Part shown: positions 38,640 through 48,631 of the stretch, piece by piece | Layout: every line of letters starts with the position of its first letter | Position numbering within the stretch: the first letter of the stretch is position 1 | IMG/VR virus record: IMGVR_UViG_3300034095_001503 | Coordinates: 1 to 64,000 of that record | Origin: a virus | Direction: 5' to 3' (one strand) | Length of the DNA: 64,000 nt | Position numbers and translations under genes: made by a program | Notes under the pieces: generated by a model | Seen by the model: the letters and a program-made list of their open reading frames with translations, nothing else | Told to the model about the DNA's origin: nothing | Databases searched by the model: none

Positions 38640-39667
38640 TGGAAAATATCTTTATAAATATAAAAAAATGGGGTTACAGTAAATTAGCTATGCTTTCGTT
38701 AGCAATGTCCAACGTTGAAAAAAACTCTTTAGGACAATCCGCTGAACCTTTATCAACTGACACTGCTAAATTCCAAAGACATACACAAGGTCAATTAGCT
38801 GATTCACTTATAAATGGTGAAGTAACACAAGAAGTTATTGACATGCGATGGAGAACATATAAAATCATTCGAGAAACTGAAGGTGTTACTGCTGAAATAG
38901 TTGGGTATGATGAGAATGGTATGCCAATTGTTAAAACTAGAAAAAGAAACAAAAAAGCTGGTCTTAAAAAAGTTAAATTAGATGAATTTGATTCTTATCC
39001 TTTGGAAATGATAATCGATAATTCAGAAATAGTTTTAAGTGGTAATCAAGCTATGGATAATGATAACATTTCTATCTTTGATGAAGTAATTATAAACCAA
39101 ACTACTGGACCAATAGGTGTGATTGGACCAATAGGTCCAGATGGTCAAAAAGATGTTGATGGAGAACCAAGTAAAATTGAATGGTCAGCTTCACATGGTT
39201 CAATTAGTGGTACTGAATATTTTGCAACCAACAAATCTGAACGTCCAATCATATTAACTAGACTTAACCCACCTAAATTCAAGTTAGAGAACTTTACAAA
39301 AAAACTAAATATTAGAACTATAAATAAAACTGAAAAGTTATTAGAGTTTTATGTTAGTAAGTATCCAGATGAATACAATAGAACAAGTCGTTTATTTATT
39401 AGCGATATTAAAAAAGCTATTTTAGAACCAGAGAAATCAACAATACTAGAATTTAGTAGTGTTAATTTTATCACTTACAAATGTATGGGTGTTGATGACT
39501 TTTTAGAGTTTGAATATGAGATTATTTCTTTTGATAAAATAATTGAATACAATGGTTTTTATGTTGTTAAATTTATTGCAAAAGTTAATGTTAACGGTGT
39601 GGATATGTTAGAAAAACATAGAGTTGTTGAATTAGATAAAAAATACGAAAATAAACAAAAGAAATAA
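38639..39667 (+). CDS. Hypothetical protein
   Basis: ORF in operon; no recognised motif. Confidence 0.6.
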   Translation: MENIFINIKKWGYSKLAMLSLAMSNVEKNSLGQSAEPLSTDTAKFQRHTQGQLADSLINGEVTQEVIDMRWRTYKIIRETEGVTAEIVGYDENGMPIVKTRKRNKKAGLKKVKLDEFDSYPLEMIIDNSEIVLSGNQAMDNDNISIFDEVIINQTTGPIGVIGPIGPDGQKDVDGEPSKIEWSASHGSISGTEYFATNKSERPIILTRLNPPKFKLENFTKKLNIRTINKTEKLLEFYVSKYPDEYNRTSRLFISDIKKAILEPEKSTILEFSSVNFITYKCMGVDDFLEFEYEIISFDKIIEYNGFYVVKFIAKVNVNGVDMLEKHRVVELDKKYENKQKK

Positions 39668-39668
39668 T

Positions 39669-40400
39669 ATGGGAGAAATAACTGCAATTTTAAATGGTTA
39701 CAAACGTCCACAATTTTTGAAAGAACAAGTTGAGGCAATTAGAAACCAAACTATTAAACCTAAAGAGATTATGTTATGGCAAAATAACAGTGAAGGTTTT
39801 GATAAAGAACTAACCGATACTTTAATTACGGCTAGTTGTAATAGTAATTTAGGTGTTTGGGCTAGATTTGCTTATGCTTTAAATGCTAAAACAGAATATA
39901 TTTGTATTTTTGATGATGATACAATACCTGGTGATATGTGGTTTGAAAATTGTTTAGAGACAATGAAAACACATGAGGGGTTATTAGGTACTGTTGGGTT
40001 GATTTACGATACACCAAATAGTTATAGACCAAACGTTAGATTCGGGTGGGCTGATATTAACAATCCAGAACCCATTAGAGTTGATATTGTTGGACACGCA
40101 TGGTTTTTTAAACGTGAATGGCTTTCTGCTTATTGGAGAGAATTACCACCTATCGGATTAACAACTGTAGGTGAAGATATGCACTTCTCATACACATTAC
40201 AAAAATATTTAGGTTTAAACACTTATGTACCAGCACATCCAGAAGAAAATAAAAGACTTTGGGGTAGTTTAAAAGGTTGGGAAATGGGAACAGAACAAAA
40301 TGCATTATCATTCAATAATGACAATTTAATGCTTATGGATTCGTATCATAAACATTTGTTATCACAAGACTTTAAACTAGTTAGATATGGAAAAATTTAA
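39669..40400 (+). CDS. Glycosyltransferase family 2-like
   Basis: LNGYKRP, ICIFDDD, VDIVGHAWF, GEDMHFS. Confidence 0.85.
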   Translation: MGEITAILNGYKRPQFLKEQVEAIRNQTIKPKEIMLWQNNSEGFDKELTDTLITASCNSNLGVWARFAYALNAKTEYICIFDDDTIPGDMWFENCLETMKTHEGLLGTVGLIYDTPNSYRPNVRFGWADINNPEPIRVDIVGHAWFFKREWLSAYWRELPPIGLTTVGEDMHFSYTLQKYLGLNTYVPAHPEENKRLWGSLKGWEMGTEQNALSFNNDNLMLMDSYHKHLLSQDFKLVRYGKI

Positions 40401-41106
40401 TAGTGATTTTGATTATTTTTGGGGTAAAATTAATAGAAAAGAAAATTTTACCTTTACTAGATACGCAGATGGCGAAATATTATTAATGAAAGGTGCACCA
40501 GTAAAAGAAGGAACACAAGCCTTCAATGTTGATAAATGGTCATCACCTATTGGTATAACAAAAGTTGGTAGAGAATTATTAGGTTCTTTGAATCATAATG
40601 AAACCAATTATTACTATGCTATTTCAGCACCAACTGATAATATTTACGATTATAACTTTTTGATTAACAATATCAAACAAGATAAATCAAAAATAACATT
40701 TGTAAATTTGTGGATAAATGCAAATTATAATAAAACATTGGAAAACTATAAAAAACTTGACAGAGAAGTTATTTTAATTTGTAACGATAAAGCCAATGCT
40801 GATAATTTTCCATTTAAAGTTAAAGACATCACTTATTTTCCAAATGATTGTATAAATTTTTGGGAAGAAAATAGTGATAGTTTCATTAATGAATTATCTT
40901 TAAAATACAAAGATTTCAACAATGAACTTTTCTTTATTTCATGTGGTCCAATATCAGAAATAATAATACATAATTTATATTTACTTAACCCAAATAATTC
41001 TTATATTGATGTAGGTTCATCGATTGATGAATTTGTACATGGTTTTAAAACAAGACCATACATGGAAAATAACACAGTTTATAGTAATATGACATCAAGT
41101 TTTTAA
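40387..41106 (+). CDS. GT-D-fold (DUF1792-like) glycosyltransferase
   Basis: FTRYADGE, FFISCGP, YIDVGS motifs. Confidence 0.65.
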   Translation: MEKFNSDFDYFWGKINRKENFTFTRYADGEILLMKGAPVKEGTQAFNVDKWSSPIGITKVGRELLGSLNHNETNYYYAISAPTDNIYDYNFLINNIKQDKSKITFVNLWINANYNKTLENYKKLDREVILICNDKANADNFPFKVKDITYFPNDCINFWEENSDSFINELSLKYKDFNNELFFISCGPISEIIIHNLYLLNPNNSYIDVGSSIDEFVHGFKTRPYMENNTVYSNMTSSF

Positions 41107-41811
41107 ATGGAATTAACATTATTAACATATACACATAGTAAAGCATCTGATTTACATAATGTTTATTTCGACAGAGTTAAAAAATTCTTCAAACCAGAAA
41201 ACCATGTAGTTTTGTGTGATATAGAAATTAATTATAGTGACATTATTATGTCCATATACGATAATGAAAGTAAGTATTATGAACAAATGATTAATGCTTT
41301 GGATAAAGTTAAAACTGAATATGTTATTTATTCACAAGAAGATTATATATTATTTGATTATGTCAACTTAGATAAAATAAATAATTTAATTTCTGTATTA
41401 GATAACGACAAAAAATTATCATTTATTAGGTTAATTTATAGCGGAGTAGACTTCAATACTATTGATTACAATGAAGATTTAATATATCTAAAATCAGAAC
41501 ATCAATATTATTTTAGTACTCAAATAACCATATGGAGAACACAAGATTTAAAAGATATGTTCAATAGTTCTAAAGTAGAAACTATATGGGATGAACCTAA
41601 AAATTCTATTTATTTAAAAGAACTAAATAAAATTGGGTTATGTGTTAAAGAAAAAGGTGATAAAGTTGGTGGTCATTTTAATTCGTCAATATATCCATAT
41701 ATTGCTACTGCTATTGTTAAAGGTAAATGGAATGATTCAGAATATAGTGATGTATTAAACACCATTTATGATGAGTATAATATAAATAAAGAAATAAGAG
41801 GTGTAAGATAA
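41107..41811 (+). CDS. Putative GT-A glycosyltransferase
   Basis: YVIYSQEDY, FIRL, QITIW, IVKGKW pattern seen in polysaccharide-locus proteins. Confidence 0.55.
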   Translation: MELTLLTYTHSKASDLHNVYFDRVKKFFKPENHVVLCDIEINYSDIIMSIYDNESKYYEQMINALDKVKTEYVIYSQEDYILFDYVNLDKINNLISVLDNDKKLSFIRLIYSGVDFNTIDYNEDLIYLKSEHQYYFSTQITIWRTQDLKDMFNSSKVETIWDEPKNSIYLKELNKIGLCVKEKGDKVGGHFNSSIYPYIATAIVKGKWNDSEYSDVLNTIYDEYNINKEIRGVR

Positions 41812-42482
41812 TGAATGATTTTGTTATAATAGTTCAAGGTTCTAGTATATACGTAGAACAAATAAAAGAAGCTTTAAAAGATTGTAATATTATCTTTTCA
41901 ACGTGGGTTGGTGAAGAAGAAAAATATTCAGAAAATGATAATGTCATCTTCAATGAAACACCAATTTATTCTGGTCCAGCCAATTTAAATTATCAAAAAA
42001 TATCTACTTTATCTGGTTTAAAAAAAGCTAAAGAATTAGGTTATAATAGAGCATTAAAACTTAGAGGTGATATTATACCTACAAATATTAATGAACTTAT
42101 TAAATCATTTGATAATGACTCTTTAAACTTTTTATGTTGGCATTGTCATGAGGTTTACCCTAATTGCCCTGGTTATTTGATAGATTATTTAATGTCTGGA
42201 AAAATTGATGATTTAATTGAATTATGGGATATAGAAGATATGACTTGGTGTACTGTTCCAGAAATACATTTAACACAACAATACATTAGTAAATTAATGG
42301 GTAGAGTTAATATTGAATATTTTTTACCAGAACTTAATTCTAATAATGATTTATTATGGGTTAAACGTGGTATTAATTTAAGTTCGTATCAAGCGAATAC
42401 AATTTATGACAAATATAGAAAATATGATTTTGAATTAAATAAAGAGCATTTAGTTACTGATTATATTAAATTTTTAAAATAA
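41811..42482 (+). CDS. WavE-like polysaccharide biosynthesis protein
   Basis: IIVQG, IIFSTW, NLNYQKISTLSGL, LKLRGD, PEIHL. Confidence 0.65.
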   Translation: MNDFVIIVQGSSIYVEQIKEALKDCNIIFSTWVGEEEKYSENDNVIFNETPIYSGPANLNYQKISTLSGLKKAKELGYNRALKLRGDIIPTNINELIKSFDNDSLNFLCWHCHEVYPNCPGYLIDYLMSGKIDDLIELWDIEDMTWCTVPEIHLTQQYISKLMGRVNIEYFLPELNSNNDLLWVKRGINLSSYQANTIYDKYRKYDFELNKEHLVTDYIKFLK

Positions 42483-42506
42483 CAAAAACAAAAACAAAAA
42501 AAAAAT

Positions 42507-43250
42507 ATGTGGTTAGCAAGTAATGATACTCAAAGTAGATATGAAATGGCAGTTAATGAAGCGTTGACTGATGATAATAAATTTAAAACATTTAAAAGCG
42601 ATTCAAATTATAATTGTATTGTAGGTATGAGTGAACAATGGCAAGCACCGTTGTTCTATAAATTTATTGAAGAAAATAATAAAACAATTTTTGATAAACT
42701 TGATTTATTTAAAAATAACGACTCAATAGGTTCACCAGAAATTTGGGTGTCAGAAAACGGTTACTCTATGTCACCAAACACGTTGAGATATGTTAAAACT
42801 TTGGTTGATATAGAAAATGCTTTTGGTTCACTAAAAGGTTTTGTTATTGCTGAATTAGGTATTGGCTATGGAGGTTTATCTTTTATCATCAATACCAATA
42901 ATGAATTAAAAGATTATGTACTTTGTGATTTACCTAAAGTGGAAGAATTAGGTAAAAAATATTTATCTTCTTTCAACTTCACTTCAACAAATGATAGAAA
43001 TAAATACGATAAATTTGATTTGTTTGTTAGTGAGTTTTGTTTATCAGAATTTAATGATGAGGGTATTTATAATTTTTATAATGATTTAATTTTAAAATCT
43101 GATAGAATTTATTTAACTATGAATCTTCATGATGAAATTAGAAAAGAAACTTTTTTAAATAAAATTAAAGAAGATTTTGATATCACAATTTTAGATGAAT
43201 ACCCAAAAACTCATTGGCCAAATTACATCATAATAGGTAATAAAAAATAA
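42507..43250 (+). CDS. Putative sugar O-methyltransferase
   Basis: SPNTLRY, ELGIGYGG SAM-binding motif, DLP, SEFCLSE. Confidence 0.75.
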   Translation: MWLASNDTQSRYEMAVNEALTDDNKFKTFKSDSNYNCIVGMSEQWQAPLFYKFIEENNKTIFDKLDLFKNNDSIGSPEIWVSENGYSMSPNTLRYVKTLVDIENAFGSLKGFVIAELGIGYGGLSFIINTNNELKDYVLCDLPKVEELGKKYLSSFNFTSTNDRNKYDKFDLFVSEFCLSEFNDEGIYNFYNDLILKSDRIYLTMNLHDEIRKETFLNKIKEDFDITILDEYPKTHWPNYIIIGNKK

Positions 43251-43252
43251 AG

Positions 43253-44620
43253 ATGAAATTAATAATATTTGATTTAGATGGTGTGTTGGTTGAGGCCAAG
43301 GAAATTCACTATACAGCATTAAACGAAGCACTAGCTGCAATCGGTAACCAATATATTATATCATGGTCTGAACATTTAAGTAAATATGATGGTCTTAAAA
43401 CCAATCAAAAATTAGAAATGTTAACAATTGAAAAAGGTTTACCTTCAGACCAACATAAAAACGTCTGGAATAAAAAACAAGAAATAACATTAGAAAAATT
43501 ACGCTCGTTGGAACCTTCGTTAATTTTACAAGAAACTATGTCAAAATTAACGCAAGATGGTTTCAAAATAGCTTGTTGTTCAAACTCAATTCGTAAAACA
43601 GTATTGACTGTTTTATCTAAATTAGGTATTATTGAATACTTTGATTTGGTCATTTCAAATGAAGATGTTAAAAATAGTAAACCACACCCAGAAATGTATT
43701 GGAAAGCAATTTCTTTTATTGGTGTTTTACCAGAAGAAACATTAATTGTTGAAGATTCTCCTTATGGTTTATTAGCTGCTGCTAGGAGTAAATCACATGT
43801 ATTAAGAGTTATAAGTCCAAATGAAGTTAATTATTCAAATATAAATAATAAAATAACTGAAATAAAAACAAATAAACATATGAAAACACCTAAATGGAGT
43901 GATAAAAAATTAAATGTATTAATACCTATGGCTGGAGCTGGCTCTAGATTTGAGCAAGCTGGATATACATTTCCAAAACCTTTGATTGATGTAAATGGTG
44001 AACCTATGATAAAAGTTGTGAGTGAAAACTTAAATCTAGACGCTAATTTTATCTATATTGTACAAAAAAAACATAGAGAAAAATATAATTTAGATACACT
44101 TTTAAATCTTATTTCACCTAACTGTACTATTGTTGAGGTTGATGGAGTAACTGAAGGTGCTGCATGTACAACATTATTAGCTAAAGAACTAATCGATAAC
44201 GAACAACCATTAATTATGGCTAATTCAGACCAATTTATTGAATGGGATTCAAATGAGTTTATGTATAAAATGAACGAAACTGAGGCTGATGGTGGTATTG
44301 TTACCTTCACATCTACACACCCTAAATGGTCATTCGCTAAAATAGATGATAATGGATTTGTAACTGAAGTTGCTGAGAAAAACCCAATATCTGATATTGC
44401 AACTGTTGGTGTTTATTTTTGGAAACATGGTTCAGATTACGTAAAATACGCTGAACAAATGATAAGTAAAAATATTAGAGTTAATAACGAATTTTACGTT
44501 TGTCCAGTGTTTAATGAAGCAGTCTTAGATAATAAGAAAATAAGAACATTCAATATAGAAAAAATGTGGGGTATTGGTACTCCAGAAGATTTGAACTATT
44601 TTTTAGAAAAATACAAATAA
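43253..44620 (+). CDS. HAD phosphatase fused to sugar-phosphate nucleotidyltransferase
   Basis: N-terminal FDLDGVL...KPHPE...EDS; C-terminal IPMAGAGSRF...PKPLI...EK.PIS...EFYVCP...GIGTPEDL. Confidence 0.88.
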   Translation: MKLIIFDLDGVLVEAKEIHYTALNEALAAIGNQYIISWSEHLSKYDGLKTNQKLEMLTIEKGLPSDQHKNVWNKKQEITLEKLRSLEPSLILQETMSKLTQDGFKIACCSNSIRKTVLTVLSKLGIIEYFDLVISNEDVKNSKPHPEMYWKAISFIGVLPEETLIVEDSPYGLLAAARSKSHVLRVISPNEVNYSNINNKITEIKTNKHMKTPKWSDKKLNVLIPMAGAGSRFEQAGYTFPKPLIDVNGEPMIKVVSENLNLDANFIYIVQKKHREKYNLDTLLNLISPNCTIVEVDGVTEGAACTTLLAKELIDNEQPLIMANSDQFIEWDSNEFMYKMNETEADGGIVTFTSTHPKWSFAKIDDNGFVTEVAEKNPISDIATVGVYFWKHGSDYVKYAEQMISKNIRVNNEFYVCPVFNEAVLDNKKIRTFNIEKMWGIGTPEDLNYFLEKYK

Positions 44621-44622
44621 AA

Positions 44623-45252
44623 ATGATACATTTAATTGGTAATAGTCATGTTAATACCTTTTCAAATGATGATAAAATAAATATGTCATTTGAAAATGAA
44701 TTTTTTAAATCACACCACATTGGCCCAGTGATTGCTTATAACTTTTATGAACATCATATGAGTTCAGTTAATAAGATTATTATTGATAATAATATTCAAA
44801 AAAGTGATTATATATCTTTAATCATTGGAGAAGTTGATTGTAGGGTACACTTACCATTACAAGCCGATATTCAAAAAATAAATGATGAAGAAATAGTTGC
44901 TGAATGTGTTAATAGATTATTTAGATGTTATGATAACTTATTAGAAAGAGATTATAAAATAATTGTTTATTCCACTCACCCAACAACTACTGAAAATCAC
45001 GATATGAGTAGAGAAGATAGACCGATATATGGTGATGTAGAAAGAAGAAATAATATTTCTTTGATATGGAATAAAAAATTAGGTGATTTATGTAAATCTA
45101 AAAACATTAAATTTGTAAATTTTTATGATTTATTAGTAAATGAAAATAATATAACAAAAATGGAATATTTTTTAGACTACTGCCACCTTAATAGCAGTAT
45201 GTGTTATCCATTTATATTAGAAAAAACAAAAAATGAAATTAATATCGCATAG
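44623..45252 (+). CDS. SGNH/GDSL-like hydrolase (sugar O-acyl processing)
   Basis: IGNSH, GEVDCR, DYCH motifs; start set at ATG 44623. Confidence 0.65.
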   Translation: MIHLIGNSHVNTFSNDDKINMSFENEFFKSHHIGPVIAYNFYEHHMSSVNKIIIDNNIQKSDYISLIIGEVDCRVHLPLQADIQKINDEEIVAECVNRLFRCYDNLLERDYKIIVYSTHPTTTENHDMSREDRPIYGDVERRNNISLIWNKKLGDLCKSKNIKFVNFYDLLVNENNITKMEYFLDYCHLNSSMCYPFILEKTKNEINIA

Positions 45253-45670
45253 AGGTAATATAAATGGTAAGTTAGAATCATGGGAGAATGAACCAACCTA
45301 TATTGATTTAGCTATATCAAAAGGTTATGATGTAGAAATAGATGTTTGGTATAAAGATAATATGTTATGGTTAGGTCATGATAAACCAGATTATGGAATT
45401 GATTTCAGATTTATTAGAGATAGGATATCTAAACTTTGGGTTCACTGTAAAAATATTGAAGCTATTCTTTTTTTAAAAGAATGTGGTTATGATGTTAATT
45501 ATTTTTGGCATGAAAATGATGTAATAACTTTAACAAGTCTTAATTATATTTGGGCTTTTCCAGGTAAACAACCAATTAAAAATAGTATAGCGGTCATGCC
45601 AGAAATTTTCAATGATGATGTTTCAAGTGCAATTGGTGTTTGTAGCGATTTTATTGAAAATTATAAATAA
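45233..45670 (+). CDS. Short glycerophosphodiester phosphodiesterase-like protein
   Basis: ISHRGN, EN, VEIDVW, LGHD, WVHCKN, GVCSD. Confidence 0.75.
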   Translation: MKLISHRGNINGKLESWENEPTYIDLAISKGYDVEIDVWYKDNMLWLGHDKPDYGIDFRFIRDRISKLWVHCKNIEAILFLKECGYDVNYFWHENDVITLTSLNYIWAFPGKQPIKNSIAVMPEIFNDDVSSAIGVCSDFIENYK

Positions 45671-45712
45671 CATTGACATTGAATTATTTTATTAGTAATA
45701 TTAATTAAAAAT

Positions 45713-46714
45713 ATGATTCTATTAACTTATGGTACTCGACCAGAATACATCAAAATTAAACCGTTGATAAAAGAATTTAAAAATTCTAATTTACCATTCA
45801 AAATACTCTTTACTGGTCAACATAAAGATATAGCAAATGGTGAATATGATTTTAAATTAGAAATGACTGATTTATCTAATAATAGATTAGATTCAGTTAT
45901 TGCTAATCTAATGACTTTATCTGATGATATTTTTGACGAGATTACACACGTACTAGTTCAAGGTGATACAACATCTGTTGTTGGTTTATCTTTGGCTGCT
46001 TTACATAGAAAGATAAAACTAATACATTTAGAAGCTGGTTTAAGGACATATGACACTGAAAACCCATTCCCAGAAGAAAACAATAGACGCATAGTATCAA
46101 CTATCGCTACAATACATCTATGCCCTACTGAATTAAATGCAAATAATTTATATAAAGAAAATGTGAGTGAAAATGTTTTTATTGTTGGTAATACTGTATT
46201 GGATAATCTTATTGATTACAAAGAAAAGTGTGAATATACAAATAAAGTCTTAGTTACGATGCATAGACGTGAAAACCATGAAAATATTAATGAATGGTTC
46301 ACTGAAATAAATGAGTTAGCCAAAAAACATAATGAATTAGAATTTATTCTACCTTTACACCCAAATCCAAATGTTCAAAAACATAAATCAATATTAACAC
46401 ATGTTAATATTGTTGAACCTTTGAAACATGAAGATTTATTAAATCTATTGGTTAAAACAAGGTTGGTTATAACTGATAGTGGTGGTATTCAAGAAGAGTG
46501 TTCATTCTTCAATAAGAAATGTTTAGTATGTCGAAAAGTAACCGAAAGACCAGAATCAGTAAATTTGACTAGCTTTTTAATCGATGAACCAAAAGATTTA
46601 GCGTCAATCTTTAATTGTCATATCAATAATTATAATGTAAATATTGAGTCACCATATGGTGATGGTAAATCGTCAATTAAAATTTGTGATATTTTGAATA
46701 AGTTAATAAAATAA
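45713..46714 (+). CDS. wecB: UDP-N-acetylglucosamine 2-epimerase
   Basis: GTRPEYIK, TGQH, VQGDT, HLEAGLRT, PFPEE, HRREN, TDSGGIQEE, ERPE, PYGDG. Confidence 0.92.
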   Translation: MILLTYGTRPEYIKIKPLIKEFKNSNLPFKILFTGQHKDIANGEYDFKLEMTDLSNNRLDSVIANLMTLSDDIFDEITHVLVQGDTTSVVGLSLAALHRKIKLIHLEAGLRTYDTENPFPEENNRRIVSTIATIHLCPTELNANNLYKENVSENVFIVGNTVLDNLIDYKEKCEYTNKVLVTMHRRENHENINEWFTEINELAKKHNELEFILPLHPNPNVQKHKSILTHVNIVEPLKHEDLLNLLVKTRLVITDSGGIQEECSFFNKKCLVCRKVTERPESVNLTSFLIDEPKDLASIFNCHINNYNVNIESPYGDGKSSIKICDILNKLIK

Positions 46715-46736
46715 GATATTTATAATAAAAGTTTGT

Positions 46737-47597
46737 ATGATAAAAAAACCAGCTACAACAGCTAGAAAACCTAGAGTTAAAAAAACAACAACCGAGGTAG
46801 TTGTTGAGAAAAAAGTTTCATTTGATTTATTATCGTTAATTAAAATAGATATCAAACATAAAAACGAGATTCAAAAGAAATTAACGCAATCAATTAAGAA
46901 TGGTGATGTTACTATATGTACTGGTCCAGCTGGTACTGGTAAAACTCTTTTGAGTGTTGCTGAAGCGTTGTTACTTCTTAAAACCCATAGCGACATATAC
47001 CATGAGATTAAATTGGTTAAATCAATTATAAACTTAGAAGGTGAAGATTTAGGTACATTACCTGGTGATGAAAAAGACAAACTTAAATTTATTATGATGT
47101 CTTTCTTCGATGCGTTTTATAAACTTATTGGTGAAGAACTTACAAACAGACTTTTAGAAGCTGGATACATCAAGATGGAAGTATTTGGTGCAATACGTGG
47201 TAGGTCTATTTCTAACGCAATTATATTGTTTGATGAATTCCAAAATGTATCTGATAGAAACGGTAAAACTCTTTTAACAAGATTTTCTGAAAACACAAAA
47301 GTTATTGCTTTAGGTGATAGTAATCAAGTAGATTTAAAAAACCCAGATTTGAGTTGTTTGAAAGAATTGGTTAGAATGACAAAACTATATCCAGAACAAG
47401 GTGTTAGTGTTGTTGAATTTACCGATGAAGAAGTTGTTAGACATAGACTTACTAGATACTTTATAAACATATTTGAACACAAAGATTATAAAAAGAAAGA
47501 ACCTAGAGTTATTCCAGTAATCGAAAGACCAAAAACTCAAATTATAAAAAAAGAAAGTTTTTTTAAAAAACTTTTATCATTTTTTACAAAAAAATAA
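46737..47597 (+). CDS. phoH: PhoH-family ATPase
   Basis: GPAGTGKT, LGTLPG, RGRS, DEFQN, GDSNQVD, VVRH; late promoter at 46716-46723. Confidence 0.9.
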   Translation: MIKKPATTARKPRVKKTTTEVVVEKKVSFDLLSLIKIDIKHKNEIQKKLTQSIKNGDVTICTGPAGTGKTLLSVAEALLLLKTHSDIYHEIKLVKSIINLEGEDLGTLPGDEKDKLKFIMMSFFDAFYKLIGEELTNRLLEAGYIKMEVFGAIRGRSISNAIILFDEFQNVSDRNGKTLLTRFSENTKVIALGDSNQVDLKNPDLSCLKELVRMTKLYPEQGVSVVEFTDEEVVRHRLTRYFINIFEHKDYKKKEPRVIPVIERPKTQIIKKESFFKKLLSFFTKK

Positions 47598-47640
47598 TTT
47601 TTTACTTTACTTATCTATAGTTATTCCTTAGATTTATTTT

Positions 47641-48246
47641 ATGAAGATAGGGATAACTATAAACGAGGTTTTAAGAGATTTTATTGGTCAACTAAATTAC
47701 ACGTATTCAAAATATATCAACGAAACTGATATTACAGAAGAAAATGTAACTAGTTTCAATTTAATTGATTATTTTAAGTTTGACGACATCAATCAACTTA
47801 ATAGGTTTCTATACTTAGAAGCACCTCTAGAAATTTTCGGCCATGCCGACCAGATGTCAGATGGTTTAATTAACCATTTTAATACTTTTTTAATGGACAC
47901 CAAAGATGAAGGTGAACATGAAATCATTTTAATTAGTCGAGAAATCGAAAAAAGTATTCCTTCAACACTTTTCTTTTTATCAAAAACTGGATGTCGTGCA
48001 GCAAATATTAAATTTGTTACTTCATATTCAGAAAAATGGGATGATGTTGATGTATTGATTACAGCAAACCCACAAACACTTGAAAATAAACCAAACGGTA
48101 AAATTAGTGTAAAAGTTAACGCTTCTTACAATAAAAATACGCCATCGGATTATGAGATAGACTCCATATTAGACTTCATCAACAATGAAGAACTTAGAGA
48201 AAAAATCTTAAATACAAAAATAACAACTTACGAAGAAATTAATTAA
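47641..48246 (+). CDS. 5'(3')-deoxyribonucleotidase-like HAD-fold protein (degenerate motif I)
   Basis: KIGITINEVLRDF in place of IxIDxDGVLxDF; YN near the C-terminus. Confidence 0.5.
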   Translation: MKIGITINEVLRDFIGQLNYTYSKYINETDITEENVTSFNLIDYFKFDDINQLNRFLYLEAPLEIFGHADQMSDGLINHFNTFLMDTKDEGEHEIILISREIEKSIPSTLFFLSKTGCRAANIKFVTSYSEKWDDVDVLITANPQTLENKPNGKISVKVNASYNKNTPSDYEIDSILDFINNEELREKILNTKITTYEEIN

Positions 48247-48247
48247 T

Positions 48248-48607
48248 ATGATTGGATTCGGTGGAAACATCTATTACATTGACTTAGATGCCTTAGAAAA
48301 AACAATAATACCACTTGGTGTAAGCCCAACTGATAAAGTCATTGAACGTGAAGAAAAAGTTCATGTAGATGCAGATAACAAAATAGTACATACTGATATT
48401 ACAGAAGTTAGTAGAGATAGAGGTCGAGAAATTGATGGTGCTAAATACGAAATAGTTAGACTTATGCTTGAAATATTGATGGATGGTACAGAAGAAACTG
48501 ACGATGACGCATTAGGTGCTGATAGAGCATTAGAAAAGACATCATTATCGTATAAAATTGCATTCAATACCCTATACAATTACGGTATTTTAAAAGAACA
48601 AGAATAA
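48248..48607 (+). CDS. Hypothetical protein
   Basis: ORF in operon. Confidence 0.6.
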   Translation: MIGFGGNIYYIDLDALEKTIIPLGVSPTDKVIEREEKVHVDADNKIVHTDITEVSRDRGREIDGAKYEIVRLMLEILMDGTEETDDDALGADRALEKTSLSYKIAFNTLYNYGILKEQE

Positions 48608-48631
48608 CACCCATATAAAAAAAAAATAGAA

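Noticed and set aside
39105-39170. Collagen-like GPIGVIGPIGPDGQK stretch
   Set aside because: Only about five Gly-X-Y triplets, too short for a triple helix; probably a variable loop
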